This document shows positions 36,432-46,006 of a stretch of DNA of 64,000 bases, piece after piece. The DNA comes from Sphingomonadales bacterium. Lineage in GTDB: Bacteria; Pseudomonadota; Alphaproteobacteria; Sphingomonadales; Sphingomonadaceae. Where the stretch lies: the NCBI GenBank assembly GCA_037131365.1, contig JBAXRE010000004.1, positions 71,508-135,507 on the forward strand, in the 5' to 3' direction. The position numbers were made by a program, and so were the translations under genes. Numbering within the stretch: the stretch's first letter is position 1; each line of letters begins with the position of its first letter. Under the pieces are notes generated by a model, which was given only the letters and a program-made list of their open reading frames with translations, did not search any database and was not told where the DNA came from.

Positions 36432-37640
36432 ATGAAACGCGACGCTGGCCAAAACCCCGATATCGTCAAGACGTGGCGCCCGGCCACGCAGATGGTGCGC
36501 GGCGGCACCATGCGCACCGACGTTGGCGAGACGTCGGAAACCATCTTCATGACCTCCGGCTATTGCTATGACACGGCCGAGGAAGCGGCCGCCCGCTTCC
36601 GGGGCGAGCGCCCGGGCATGACCTACAGCCGCCTGCAGAACCCGACGGTGGAGATGCTGGAACGCCGCATCGCGCTGATCGAAGGGGCAGAGGCGGCGCG
36701 CGCCACGGCCACCGGCATGGCGGCGATGACCGGCATGTTGCTGTCAACCCTGTCGGCCGGCGATCATCTGGTGGCGGGCCGGGCGCTGTTCGGATCGTGC
36801 CGGGTGCTGGTGGACAGCATCCTGCCGCGCTTCGGCATCGAAACCACCACGGTCGATGCCCGTGACGTGGACGCCTGGGCGAAGGCGCGGCGGCCGAACA
36901 CCAAGGCCTTCTTCCTGGAAACGCCGACCAACCCCGGCCTTGATCTGTGCGACATCAGCGCGATTGCCGACATTGCCCATGACGCCGGCGCGCTGGTGAT
37001 GGTGGACAATGCCTTTGCCTCCCCCATCGTGCAGCGCCCGCTGGAGCATGGTGCCGACATCGTGGCCTACAGCGCCACCAAGCTGATGGACGGGCAGGGC
37101 CGCGTGCTCGCCGGCGCCGTGGTGGGCAGCGACAAGTGGATCAACGACACCTATCTGGCGTTCGCGCGCCACACCGGGCCGAACCTTTCCCCCTTCAACG
37201 CCTGGGTGGTGCTGAAGAGCCTGGAAACGCTGGACCTGCGTGTGCGCCAGCAGTGCGCCAATGCCCTGAAGGTGGCGACCTTCCTGGAAAGCCGGGTGCC
37301 GCGGCTGGTCTATCCGGGGCTGAAGAGCCACCCGCAATATGATCTCGCCCAGCGCCAGATGACGGCAGGCGGCACTATCATCGCCATGCACCTTGATGGC
37401 GGCCGCCCCCAGGCGCAGGCGCTGCTCGACGCGCTGGCCATCATCGACATTTCCAACAATCTGGGCGACAGCCGCAGCCTGATGACCCACCCGGCATCGA
37501 CCACCCATGCCAGTGTTTCCGATGCGGTGCGCGCCGAAATGGGCATCACCGAAGGGATGCTGCGCCTGTCGATCGGCCTTGAAGATGCCGATGATCTGAT
37601 AGATGATCTGTCCCAGGCGCTGACGGCCGCAGGTCTTTGA
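36432..37640 (+). CDS. metZ: O-succinylhomoserine sulfhydrylase
   Basis: YSRLQNPT, ETPTNP, PLP-Lys YSATKLMDGQGR, ISNNLGD. Start re-picked at MKRDAG. Confidence 0.93.
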   Translation: MKRDAGQNPDIVKTWRPATQMVRGGTMRTDVGETSETIFMTSGYCYDTAEEAAARFRGERPGMTYSRLQNPTVEMLERRIALIEGAEAARATATGMAAMTGMLLSTLSAGDHLVAGRALFGSCRVLVDSILPRFGIETTTVDARDVDAWAKARRPNTKAFFLETPTNPGLDLCDISAIADIAHDAGALVMVDNAFASPIVQRPLEHGADIVAYSATKLMDGQGRVLAGAVVGSDKWINDTYLAFARHTGPNLSPFNAWVVLKSLETLDLRVRQQCANALKVATFLESRVPRLVYPGLKSHPQYDLAQRQMTAGGTIIAMHLDGGRPQAQALLDALAIIDISNNLGDSRSLMTHPASTTHASVSDAVRAEMGITEGMLRLSIGLEDADDLIDDLSQALTAAGL

Positions 37641-37645
37641 CCATC

Positions 37646-38056
37646 ATGATGGAACAATTCTTCCCCTTTGCGGAAACCACGGGCGGCATCACCGTCCGGG
37701 TGGCGCCGCATTATTTGCCGGATCAATCCGATCCGTCGCGGGGCTATTTTGTCTGGGCCTATCATGTGCGGGTGGAAAACGGCAGCACTGCGCCGGTGCG
37801 TCTGATGGCGCGGCGCTGGCTGATCACCGATGGCGATGGCCGCACCGAACAGGTGGAAGGCGACGGGGTGGTGGGCGTGCAGCCCCTGATCGCCCCCGGC
37901 GGTGCCTATGATTATGTTTCGGGCTGCCCGCTCTCCACCTCGTCGGGGCGGATGCAGGGGCGCTATGTGATGATGGGTGAAGATGGCGTGCGCTTTTCGG
38001 TGGTGATCCCGGCCTTCGTGCTCGAACTGCCCGGCAATCGCCCGCAAGTGCACTGA
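37646..38056 (+). CDS. apaG: ApaG (Co2+/Mg2+ efflux-associated) protein
   Basis: WAYHVRVEN, RRWLITD, VEGDGVVGVQP, YVSGCPL.T.SG.M.G. Confidence 0.95.
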   Translation: MMEQFFPFAETTGGITVRVAPHYLPDQSDPSRGYFVWAYHVRVENGSTAPVRLMARRWLITDGDGRTEQVEGDGVVGVQPLIAPGGAYDYVSGCPLSTSSGRMQGRYVMMGEDGVRFSVVIPAFVLELPGNRPQVH

Positions 38057-38068
38057 GCCGCGCCGCGC

Positions 38069-38875
38069 ATGAAGCGCACGCATCTGCCGCTGAATGCCCT
38101 GCGCGTGTTCGAAGCCGCCGCGCGCCACCTGTCCTTCACCCGCGCTGCTGACGAGCTTGCCGTCACGCCGGCTGCTGTTGGCCAGCAGATCCGCGCGCTG
38201 GAGGAATCGCTTGGCGTCGTGCTGTTCCGCCGCCTGACCCGGACGCTGGAGCTGACCCCAGAGGCCGAGCAGGCGCTGCCGGCGCTGCAGATGGGCTTTC
38301 GCGCCTTTGAAGACAGTGTGCGGCTGCTGCAAGCTGGCCAATCCAGCCGCGTGCTGTCCATCGCTGCGCCGCGCGCCCTGATGGCCAAGTGGCTGGCCGT
38401 GCGGCTGGCCGAATATGGCCGGGCCAACCCCGATCTGCGCTTTGCGATCAGCGCCCACGAGGCTGGCGAAGTGGATTTCACCCAGGCCAATCTTGATCTT
38501 GCCCTGCATTTCGGCGGCGAACCGACGGCGGAAGGCATCCACGGCCGCACGCTGGGGAAGGAGCGGCTGGTGATGGTCGCCGCGCCCGGTGTGACGGCCG
38601 ACGCGCCCTGCATCGCCCATCCGCTCGATCCCGAAACCATCTGTGTCGAAAGTGCCCTCACGGTCGCCGATGCCGGCCTGGCCATCGATGCGGCGGCCGC
38701 CGGGCTGGGCAAGACCCGCGTGCCGGCGCTGCTGGCCGCCAGCGATCTGGCCAGCGGGCGGGTGGTGGCGCTCGACGCGGGCGAGCCGATGAGCGGTGCC
38801 TGGTGGCTGACAGCGCCGACCCCGCAATGGCGCCAGGCCAAGGTGCGCGCGCTGGTCGCCTTCCTCGGCGGCTGA
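38069..38875 (+). CDS. LysR-family regulator (GcvA-like), short effector domain
   Basis: LPLNALRVFEAAARHLSFTRAADELAVTPAAVGQQIRALE HTH; only 268 aa. Confidence 0.9.
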   Translation: MKRTHLPLNALRVFEAAARHLSFTRAADELAVTPAAVGQQIRALEESLGVVLFRRLTRTLELTPEAEQALPALQMGFRAFEDSVRLLQAGQSSRVLSIAAPRALMAKWLAVRLAEYGRANPDLRFAISAHEAGEVDFTQANLDLALHFGGEPTAEGIHGRTLGKERLVMVAAPGVTADAPCIAHPLDPETICVESALTVADAGLAIDAAAAGLGKTRVPALLAASDLASGRVVALDAGEPMSGAWWLTAPTPQWRQAKVRALVAFLGG

Positions 38876-38892
38876 CGCTCGGGGCTGAACCC

Positions 38893-39345
38893 TCAGGCGC
38901 CCGCGATCAACGGCCGGCCAATCAGCAGCAGATCGGCGCGGTCCACCACCTGCATGCCGCCGCCCAGCGGATCGCGCAGCGTCACCTGCCAATCCGTCAC
39001 GCCGTCCACCAGCCACCAGCGGCCATCTTTGGCCAGCGCCACGCCGGGAAAGCCGCGCGCCGTGTCGCGGCCCAGCAGCGGCCAGGCCGGCGTGGCGGCA
39101 CCGCCCACCCAGGCCAGCTCCACCGCGGTTTCAACCTCCTCGCCGTCAGCGCCGGCGGTTGCCCCGGCGACAGCCAGAAGCGCCGCCACGCCGGTGCGGC
39201 CGCCGATGCGGGCGGTCACGGCTGCGGGCGTGAAGCGCACGCCGCGCGCCGTCCAGGCCTGCGCCAGCGCCGCCGGCAGGCCATCGGCTGGTGCCGCAGC
39301 GACCAGCAGCAGGGCAGGGGCGATCAGCAAAGCGCGATGCATCAT
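38893..39345 (-). CDS. Hypothetical exported protein
   Basis: Signal-peptide-like N-terminus; fills the gap between LysR and the ABC-F gene. Confidence 0.6.
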   Translation of the reverse strand: MMHRALLIAPALLLVAAAPADGLPAALAQAWTARGVRFTPAAVTARIGGRTGVAALLAVAGATAGADGEEVETAVELAWVGGAATPAWPLLGRDTARGFPGVALAKDGRWWLVDGVTDWQVTLRDPLGGGMQVVDRADLLLIGRPLIAGA

Positions 39346-39393
39346 GCCTCCAGCCTAGCCGGCGGCGGCGCATCCTGCTAGGCGGCGCGCATC

Positions 39394-41265
39394 ATGTTGT
39401 CCCTGCAGAATCTTGTCGTGCGCCTCGGCGGCCGTGCCATCATCGACGGCGCCACCGCCACCCTGCCGCCGCGCGGCTGTGTTGGCCTGATCGGCCGCAA
39501 TGGCGCCGGCAAATCGACGCTGATGAAAACGCTGGCCGGTACCATCGATCCCGATGGCGGCAGCGTCGATCGCCCGCGCGGCAGCCGGCTCGGCTGGCTG
39601 AAACAGGAAGCGCCGATGGGGCTGGGCACGCCGTTCGAAACCGTGCTCGCCGCCGATACCGAGCGGGCCGCGCTGCTGGCCGAGGAAGAGGCCGGTGCCG
39701 CGCCCGAACGTGTTGCCGACATTCACGAGCGGCTGATCGCGATCGATGCCCACACCGCGCCGGCACGGGCGGCGCGCATCCTCGTCGGCCTCGGCTTTGA
39801 CGAGGAGATGCAGAAGCGGCCGCTCGACAGCTATTCCGGCGGCTGGCGCATGCGCGTGGCGCTGGCCAGCCTGTTGTTCACCCGCCCCGATGTGCTGCTG
39901 CTCGACGAACCGTCGAACCACCTCGATCTGGAATCGGCGCTGTGGCTGGAAAATTTCCTGAAATCCTACCCCGGCCTGATCGTGCTGATCAGTCACGAGC
40001 GCGATCTGCTCAACCGCGTTGCCAACATGATCCTGCATCTCGAAGGCGGCAAGGTGCAGCTCTACACCGGCAATTACGACAGTTTCGAACGCCAGCGTGC
40101 CGAGCGGTTGGCCCAGCTGGAGGCGGCCCGCACGGCGCAGGCCCAGCAGCGCGCCAAGCTGCAGGATTACATCGCCCGCAACTCCGCCCGCGCGTCCACC
40201 GCCAAGCAGGCGCAGAGCCGGCAGAAGGCGCTGGCCAAGATGCAGCCGATCGCCGAAGCGGCCAATGATCCGACGATGAAGTTCGATTTCCCCAGCCCGG
40301 AACCGCTGCGGCCGCCGCTGGTGACGCTGGATCATGCCGATGTCGGCTATGGTGGGCGGGCGATCCTCAACGATCTCGACATCCGCCTTGATCCCGATGA
40401 CCGGCTGGCGCTGGTCGGCCGCAATGGCAATGGCAAGACCACCCTGGCCCGCCTGCTGATCGGCCAGCTGCCGGCGATGACCGGCAGCCGCAATGCGTCG
40501 GGCAAGCTGAAGGTCGGCTATTTCACCCAGTATCAGGTGGAGGAGCTGGACGGCGACGCCACGCCGGTGCTGATGATGGGCCGCGCCATGAAGGGCGCCA
40601 CCCCGTCGGCCGTGCGGGCCCAGCTGGGCCGCTTCGGCTTCACCGGACCGGTGGCGGAACAGCGCATCGGCACGATGAGCGGCGGCGAGAAGGCACGGCT
40701 GGCGCTGGCGCTGGTGACGCGCGATGCACCGCACCTGATCGTGCTCGACGAGCCGACCAACCACCTCGACATCGACAGCCGCGAGGCGCTGGTGCAGGCG
40801 CTGGCCGGATACGAGGGCGCTGTCGTCGTCGTCAGCCACGATCGCCACGTGATCGAGGCCAGTGCCGACCGGCTGGTGCTGGTCGACTCCGGCCGCGCCA
40901 GCCCGTTTGAAGGCAGCATCGATGATTATGAGGCGCTGATCCTGTCGGGCGCCGGCTCGGCCCAATCGGCAGCGTCGCCGGCCGCCCCCAAGGCGCCGCG
41001 CATCGATCCCAAGGAAGCCCGCCGCCAGGCCGCCGCCCGCCGCGAGGCCGCCAAACCGCTGCGCCAGGCCATGTTGAACGCCGAAGCGCAGATGAACCGG
41101 CTGATTGCCGAGCGCGAGGCGCTGGACGAACAGATGACCCGCGCGCCCGCCGACATCACCGCCCTGATGCAGAAGCGCGGGGTGCTGGATGCCGGCATCC
41201 AGGCCGCCGAAGACGCCTGGGCCGCCGCCAGCGAAGCCTATGACGCGGCGGTGGCTGCGCCGTAA
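39394..41265 (+). CDS. ABC-F family ATP-binding protein (YheS/Uup-like)
   Basis: Two ABC cassettes (GRNGAGKST, YSGGWRMR; GRNGNGKTT, MSGGEKAR) and a coiled-coil C-terminus. Confidence 0.93.
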   Translation: MLSLQNLVVRLGGRAIIDGATATLPPRGCVGLIGRNGAGKSTLMKTLAGTIDPDGGSVDRPRGSRLGWLKQEAPMGLGTPFETVLAADTERAALLAEEEAGAAPERVADIHERLIAIDAHTAPARAARILVGLGFDEEMQKRPLDSYSGGWRMRVALASLLFTRPDVLLLDEPSNHLDLESALWLENFLKSYPGLIVLISHERDLLNRVANMILHLEGGKVQLYTGNYDSFERQRAERLAQLEAARTAQAQQRAKLQDYIARNSARASTAKQAQSRQKALAKMQPIAEAANDPTMKFDFPSPEPLRPPLVTLDHADVGYGGRAILNDLDIRLDPDDRLALVGRNGNGKTTLARLLIGQLPAMTGSRNASGKLKVGYFTQYQVEELDGDATPVLMMGRAMKGATPSAVRAQLGRFGFTGPVAEQRIGTMSGGEKARLALALVTRDAPHLIVLDEPTNHLDIDSREALVQALAGYEGAVVVVSHDRHVIEASADRLVLVDSGRASPFEGSIDDYEALILSGAGSAQSAASPAAPKAPRIDPKEARRQAAARREAAKPLRQAMLNAEAQMNRLIAEREALDEQMTRAPADITALMQKRGVLDAGIQAAEDAWAAASEAYDAAVAAP

Positions 41266-41298
41266 GGCGCGCTGCTGCCAGCGCGGGCTGGCGACCTG

Positions 41299-41763
41299 TC
41301 AGCGCTTGTAGAGCCGCAGGCTGTTCTCGTCGGCACCTTTCAGCCGGCCAAAGCGGCCGACCTCGATATCGCTGCGGACGATGCGGGCCGGATTGCCGGC
41401 CACGATCGAGCGTGCGGGCACATCGCTGGTGACAACCGCGCCGCCGGCCACGATCACCTCGTCGGCGATGGTCACGCCCGGCATGATCATCGATCCGCCG
41501 CCGATGAAACAGCGTCGGCCAATGCGGATCGGGCGGATGTCGCCGCTGGCCAGATCGCGGGCGTCGATCAATGTCTTGAAGGCCACCAGCGATTCCGGCC
41601 CGATGACCACGCCGCCCTTTTCCCCGGCGATCATCCGGCTGCTGAGGGAGATGCTGGCGCTGGGATCGATCACCACGCCGCTGCGCCATTGCAACCAGCG
41701 CCGGCGCAGGCCGGTCAGCAACAGCCGCACGCGGCGCAACTGGTTGAGGGAGTGCAGGCCCAT
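41299..41763 (-). CDS. Hexapeptide-repeat (left-handed beta-helix) acyltransferase
   Basis: IRIGRRCFIGGGSMIMPGVTIADEVIVAGGAVVTSDVP..SIVAGNPAR. Start re-picked at MGLHSL. Confidence 0.85.
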   Translation of the reverse strand: MGLHSLNQLRRVRLLLTGLRRRWLQWRSGVVIDPSASISLSSRMIAGEKGGVVIGPESLVAFKTLIDARDLASGDIRPIRIGRRCFIGGGSMIMPGVTIADEVIVAGGAVVTSDVPARSIVAGNPARIVRSDIEVGRFGRLKGADENSLRLYKR

Positions 41764-41838
41764 TTGCGGAGATCCACCATGGCCGCATTCGCTTGTAAAT
41801 CCCTTTGGTTGGTGAAATAGGGCAGGCCGAGGGTGGCG

Positions 41839-42213
41839 ATGCGACGCAGTAAGAGCCTGAAACAACATCTGCAGGCGCTCGTGCGGCGCAGCGTGTGGGG
41901 CATGGACATCCACCCCAGCGCCTGGATTGCCGCGACCGCGCTGATCGACCGCACCTGGCCGCGCGGCGTGCATATCGCGGCCCATTGCGTGCTGGGTGAA
42001 GAGGTGGTGCTGCTCACCCACGATCTCACCCGCGGCCTCTATCTTGATACGCGCATCGGTGAAGGCACGTTGGTTGGCCCGCGGGCGATCATTCTGCCGG
42101 GGGTCAGCGTCGGCCGCAATTGCGTCATCCAGCCCGGCGCACTCGTCAATCGCGATGTACCGGATGATCATGTCGCCACCGGCAACCCGGCCGTGGCGGT
42201 GCCGCGAGACTAG
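41839..42213 (+). CDS. Hexapeptide-repeat acyltransferase (short)
   Basis: TRIGEGTLVGPRAIILPGVSVGRNCVIQPGALVNRDVP...VATGNPA. Confidence 0.8.
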   Translation: MRRSKSLKQHLQALVRRSVWGMDIHPSAWIAATALIDRTWPRGVHIAAHCVLGEEVVLLTHDLTRGLYLDTRIGEGTLVGPRAIILPGVSVGRNCVIQPGALVNRDVPDDHVATGNPAVAVPRD

Positions 42214-43505
42214 CGCAGGATCCGCCGCGCCAGCCAGCCACCCTGCACGACGCGAAGCGTGATGCCGGCGGCATAGGCCATGGCAAGGCCGGTGATGCCG
42301 AACGGCGGCGTGAGCAGCAAGGCCAGCACGGCCGTGACGGCGGCCGCCGCGATGATCGCCGGCACCGTGTCGCGGCTGCGCCCGGCCATGGTGATGATGG
42401 CACCCGCCGGGCCCATGAAGATCGCCACCATATTGGCGCCCACCAGCCACTGCACCAGCGGCGCCGTGCCGGCAAAGGCCGGGCCGAACACCAGGGTGAT
42501 GATCGGATCGGGCCAGATCAGCAGGGGCAGCGCCACCGGCAGGGTGATGGCGATCGCCGCCCAGCGGTTGCGCTGCAGGCGGCGGCGGGCGGCGTCCAAC
42601 CGGCCCTGGCGCAGATCACCCGAAACATGGGGGGAGATCATCATGGTTACCGTGGTCTGGATCACCGTGAACGGCATCGCCAGCTGCCAGGCGGCGCGGA
42701 AGCCCCCGGCATCGCCAACATTGCCCAGCACACCGGCCAGGAACTGCGGCAGCCATTGGTTGAAATACATCAGGAAGCTGATCAGCATCATCGGCATGCC
42801 TTCGCGCCACGGCGATGGCGCGTCTGGCACGGCCACCCGGTGCCAGTCGCGCATCTGCCGCCACACCAGCACGAAAAGAAGGGCCATGGTGGCAACCAGG
42901 CAGGCGGTGGACAGCAACATGCTGCTCGCCGCAGCGATATGATGTCCGGAAAGCAGCAGGGCGCCCAGCACCAGGGCCAGCGGCAAGGTGTACAGCCCGT
43001 CGAACACCTGCGCATAAACCGGATTACCCAGCCCGCGCACGATGCCCAGGCCCAGCAGATAAAAGCAGTTGGCGGTCACGAAACCGGTCGCCGCGATCAG
43101 CACGCCTTCCTGTGCTGCTGCCAGGCCCATTTCGTGCAGCGCCAGCATCGCGGCGGCATAAAGCCCGGTCACCAGCAGGGCCAGCGGCGTCACGAAGCGC
43201 AGATAATGCTGCATGTGGCCGGCGGCTGCGGCCTTGTCGCCCAGGCGCACATGCGCCGCAATTTCGCGCAGGGCGAGCTGATCGCAGCCGACGACGGCCA
43301 GGATCGACACCAGCTGCGCCGTCTGCAGCGCCATCGCATAGCCGCCCAGCACATCGGGCCCGCCGGCGCGCGCCAGCAGAAGCGTGACGACGAAGCCGGT
43401 GGCGATATTGGCAGCCTTGATGCCCATCACGCTGACATAGCGGATGAGCGGACGCACCAGCCCGGCCAGCGTGCGGCGCCAGCCCGATGCCGCCTCGTCA
43501 GGCAT
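42210..43505 (-). CDS. Polysaccharide flippase (Wzx/MOP superfamily)
   Basis: About 12 TM segments, LLARAGGPDVLGGYAMA, FGPAFAG, FGITGLAMA. Confidence 0.8.
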   Translation of the reverse strand: MPDEAASGWRRTLAGLVRPLIRYVSVMGIKAANIATGFVVTLLLARAGGPDVLGGYAMALQTAQLVSILAVVGCDQLALREIAAHVRLGDKAAAAGHMQHYLRFVTPLALLVTGLYAAAMLALHEMGLAAAQEGVLIAATGFVTANCFYLLGLGIVRGLGNPVYAQVFDGLYTLPLALVLGALLLSGHHIAAASSMLLSTACLVATMALLFVLVWRQMRDWHRVAVPDAPSPWREGMPMMLISFLMYFNQWLPQFLAGVLGNVGDAGGFRAAWQLAMPFTVIQTTVTMMISPHVSGDLRQGRLDAARRRLQRNRWAAIAITLPVALPLLIWPDPIITLVFGPAFAGTAPLVQWLVGANMVAIFMGPAGAIITMAGRSRDTVPAIIAAAAVTAVLALLLTPPFGITGLAMAYAAGITLRVVQGGWLARRILR

Positions 43506-45501
43506 CGATGGCGTCGGCTTCGATCGACGTGGCGTGGCTCTGGATGAAATGGAAGCGATGTTCGGGATTGCGCCCCATCAGCCGTTCGACCAGATCCGAC
43601 ACGTCGGCGCGGCCATCGGGGTCTTCGGGCAGCTTCACCCGGATCAGGCAGCGCCGGGCCGGATCCATGGTGGTTTCCTTCAGCTGCGACGGGTTCATCT
43701 CGCCCAGGCCCTTGAAGCGGCTGACCTCCACCTTCGATTTGCCGGCGAACACGCTCTTCATCAGTTCGGCGCGGTGGTCATCGTCGCGCGCATAGGCAAC
43801 GGTGCCGCCGGCCGCCAGGCGATACAGCGGCGGCTGGGCCAGATACAGCCGGCCATCGCGCACCAGGCCGGCCATCTCGCGGAAGAAGAAGGTCATCAGC
43901 AGGGTGGCGATGTGGGCACCGTCCACATCGGCGTCGGTCATGATGATGATGCGTTCGTAGCGCAGGCTTTCCGGGCTGTACTTGTCGCGGGTGCCGCAGC
44001 CCAGCGCCTGCACCAGATCGCCAATCTCGTTGTTGCCGCCGATCTTGGCCATGTTGGCGCTGGCGACGTTCAGGATCTTGCCGCGGATGGGCAGGATGGC
44101 CTGGGTGTTGCGATCCCGCGCCTGCTTGGCACTGCCGCCGGCCGAATCGCCTTCCACGATGAACAATTCGGTGCCCACCGCATCATCACGGGCACAGTCG
44201 GTCAGCTTGCCGGGCAGGCGCAGGGAGGATTTGCTGGTCGCTGTCTTGCGCTTGACCAGCGCTTCCTGCCGTCGCCGCAGCCGGTCTTCCATGCGCTCCA
44301 CCACGAAGGCCAGCAGCGCCTTGCCGCGTTCGCCGCTCGCCACCAGCCAGTGATCGAAATGATCCTTGATGGCGTTTTCAACCAGACGCGTGGCTTCCGG
44401 GCTGGTCAGCCGGTCCTTGGTCTGGCTCTGGAACTGCGGGTCGCGGATGAACAGCGACAGCATGATCTCGGCCCCGGCAAACACGTCCTCGCCGGAAAGT
44501 TCCGTCGCCTTCTTGTTGCCGGTCAGCGCCGCAAAGCTCTTCAGGCCGCGGGTCAACGCCAGGCGGAGCCCGGCCTCGTGGGTGCCGCCATCGGGCGTCG
44601 GGATGGTGTTGCAGTAAAAGCTGGCGGCGCCTTCGCCATATTGCGGCCAGGCGCAGGCCCATTCCACCGCGCCCATCGGCTTGCCATCGGCGCCGGCAGC
44701 CAGGTCGGCGCGGCCGGCGAACAGGTCGGGCACCACCAGCGGCCGGTTGTCGAGCCGTTCTTTCAGATGGTCAGCCAGGCCGCCGGGGAAGGTGAAGACG
44801 GCGGTTTCCGGCACGTCGGGCGTGGCCAGCTCGGCCGCGCAGCGCCAGCGGATTTCGACACCGCCGAACAGATAGGCCTTGGACCGCGCCAGCTTGTACA
44901 GGCGCGCCGGCTTGAAACGGGCGTCGGGGCCGAAGATCTCGGCATCGGGATGGAATTTCACACTGGTGCCGCGGCGGTTGGGCGTTGCGCCCAGCTCCTC
45001 GATCGGCCCTTGCGGGATCCCGCGCGAATAGCGCTGGCGATACAGCAGCTTGTTGCGCGCCACTTCCACCACCGTCTCGTCCGAAAGGGCGTTGACGACG
45101 CTGATGCCCACCCCGTGCAGGCCGCCGCTGGTGGCATAGGCCTTGCCGCTGAACTTGCCGCCGGAATGCAGCATGGTCAGGATGACCTCCAGCGCCGATT
45201 TGTCGGGAAAGCGCGGGTGCGGATCAACCGGGATGCCGCGGCCGTTGTCGGTGATGGTCAGGCTGCCGTCGGCGGTCAGCTCCACTTCGATGCGGCTGGC
45301 GTGGCCGGCCACCGCTTCGTCCATCGCATTGTCCAGCACTTCGGCCGCCAGATGGTGCAGCGCCCGCTCGTCGGTTCCGCCGATATACATGCCGGGCCGG
45401 CGGCGCACGGGCTCCAGCCCCTCCAGCACCTCGATGTGGCTGGCATCATAGTCGGCAGAGCTTTGCGTGGCGGCGAACAGATCGGATGGCGGCGGTGTCA
45501 T
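43498..45501 (-). CDS. parE: DNA topoisomerase IV subunit B
   Basis: YDASHIEVLEGLEPVRRRPGMYIG, GGLHGVG, QSQTKDRL, VEGDSAGGSAKQAR, TDADVDG, RFKGLGEMNP. No GyrB insert; start MTPPPSD. Confidence 0.95.
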   Translation of the reverse strand: MTPPPSDLFAATQSSADYDASHIEVLEGLEPVRRRPGMYIGGTDERALHHLAAEVLDNAMDEAVAGHASRIEVELTADGSLTITDNGRGIPVDPHPRFPDKSALEVILTMLHSGGKFSGKAYATSGGLHGVGISVVNALSDETVVEVARNKLLYRQRYSRGIPQGPIEELGATPNRRGTSVKFHPDAEIFGPDARFKPARLYKLARSKAYLFGGVEIRWRCAAELATPDVPETAVFTFPGGLADHLKERLDNRPLVVPDLFAGRADLAAGADGKPMGAVEWACAWPQYGEGAASFYCNTIPTPDGGTHEAGLRLALTRGLKSFAALTGNKKATELSGEDVFAGAEIMLSLFIRDPQFQSQTKDRLTSPEATRLVENAIKDHFDHWLVASGERGKALLAFVVERMEDRLRRRQEALVKRKTATSKSSLRLPGKLTDCARDDAVGTELFIVEGDSAGGSAKQARDRNTQAILPIRGKILNVASANMAKIGGNNEIGDLVQALGCGTRDKYSPESLRYERIIIMTDADVDGAHIATLLMTFFFREMAGLVRDGRLYLAQPPLYRLAAGGTVAYARDDDHRAELMKSVFAGKSKVEVSRFKGLGEMNPSQLKETTMDPARRCLIRVKLPEDPDGRADVSDLVERLMGRNPEHRFHFIQSHATSIEADAIDA

Positions 45502-45596
45502 GGCGTCTGTATAGGGCCAGCCTGCGCCGCCCGCCAGCGGGTTGGCCGCACGGTGCCGCTGCGCGCTTTTGCCCCGCCTGTACGTGATTTCCCCCA

Positions 45597-45625
45597 TTGC
45601 TTCGCGCCATTGTGCAGTGCAATAG
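45597..45625 (+). promoter_or_regulatory. Candidate sigma70 promoter for the putative sRNA
   Basis: TTGCTT-N17-CAATAG ends 6 nt before the first hairpin at 45632. Confidence 0.4.
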
Positions 45626-45631
45626 GGCACA

Positions 45632-45696
45632 GCCAACATGGCGATCCTCCCCAAGGATTTACTGGGGCCGGTCCTGCGGGATCGGCCCCTTTTTTT
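45632..45696 (+). ncRNA. Candidate ~65-nt small RNA with C-rich anti-SD loop
   Basis: GCCA-ACA-TGGC hairpin, then ATCCT-CCCCA-AGGAT hairpin, then an 11-bp GC stem with T7 terminator. Confidence 0.55.
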
Positions 45697-45807
45697 GTGC
45701 GTTTTTCGCAGGTTGGGGCTGCGGGAGCGCGGAGAGGTCCATTTTGGTGCGATGCACCATGGGGTGTTCCTTCCGCTTCAGGGCGGGGGAGTGTGGGCAA
45801 AGCGCCA

Positions 45808-45967
45808 AACCGCTCATGCCGAGCTTGTCGAGGCACGCGCTGGCTGTGGAGCACGGCCGGCGGCGGAGCCGCCGAGTCCGTGGGGTGTGGATCGACGGAG
45901 GAAGAAAGTAAGAGAAGTAGGGCGTGGCGGAGCCACGCCAGCCTGCCCCGGACGTGATCCGGGGTCA
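45808..45967. repeat. Cluster of palindromic repeats downstream of glnA copy 1
   Basis: Degenerate CCGCTC...GAGCTTGTCGA half-repeat, two GGCGGAGCC-loop hairpins and CCCCGGACGTGATCCGGGG. Homologous to 51188-51320. Confidence 0.7.
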
Positions 45968-45975
45968 GACGACAC

Positions 45976-46006
45976 AAAAAAGGGCGGCTGGAGAGCCGCC
46001 CTTTTT
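45976..46006. terminator. Bidirectional terminator downstream of glnA copy 1
   Basis: AAAAAA-GGGCGGCT-GGAG-AGCCGCCC-TTTTT. Confidence 0.85.

Noticed and set aside
2199-45957. Very long alternative ORFs (e.g. 2199-5246, 12484-14433, 26736-29207, 33132-36452, 43444-45957, and the 5' extension of 7449-11321)
   Set aside because: They are antisense shadows of well-recognised genes. High GC depletes stop codons on the opposite strand, and the translations show no family motifs.
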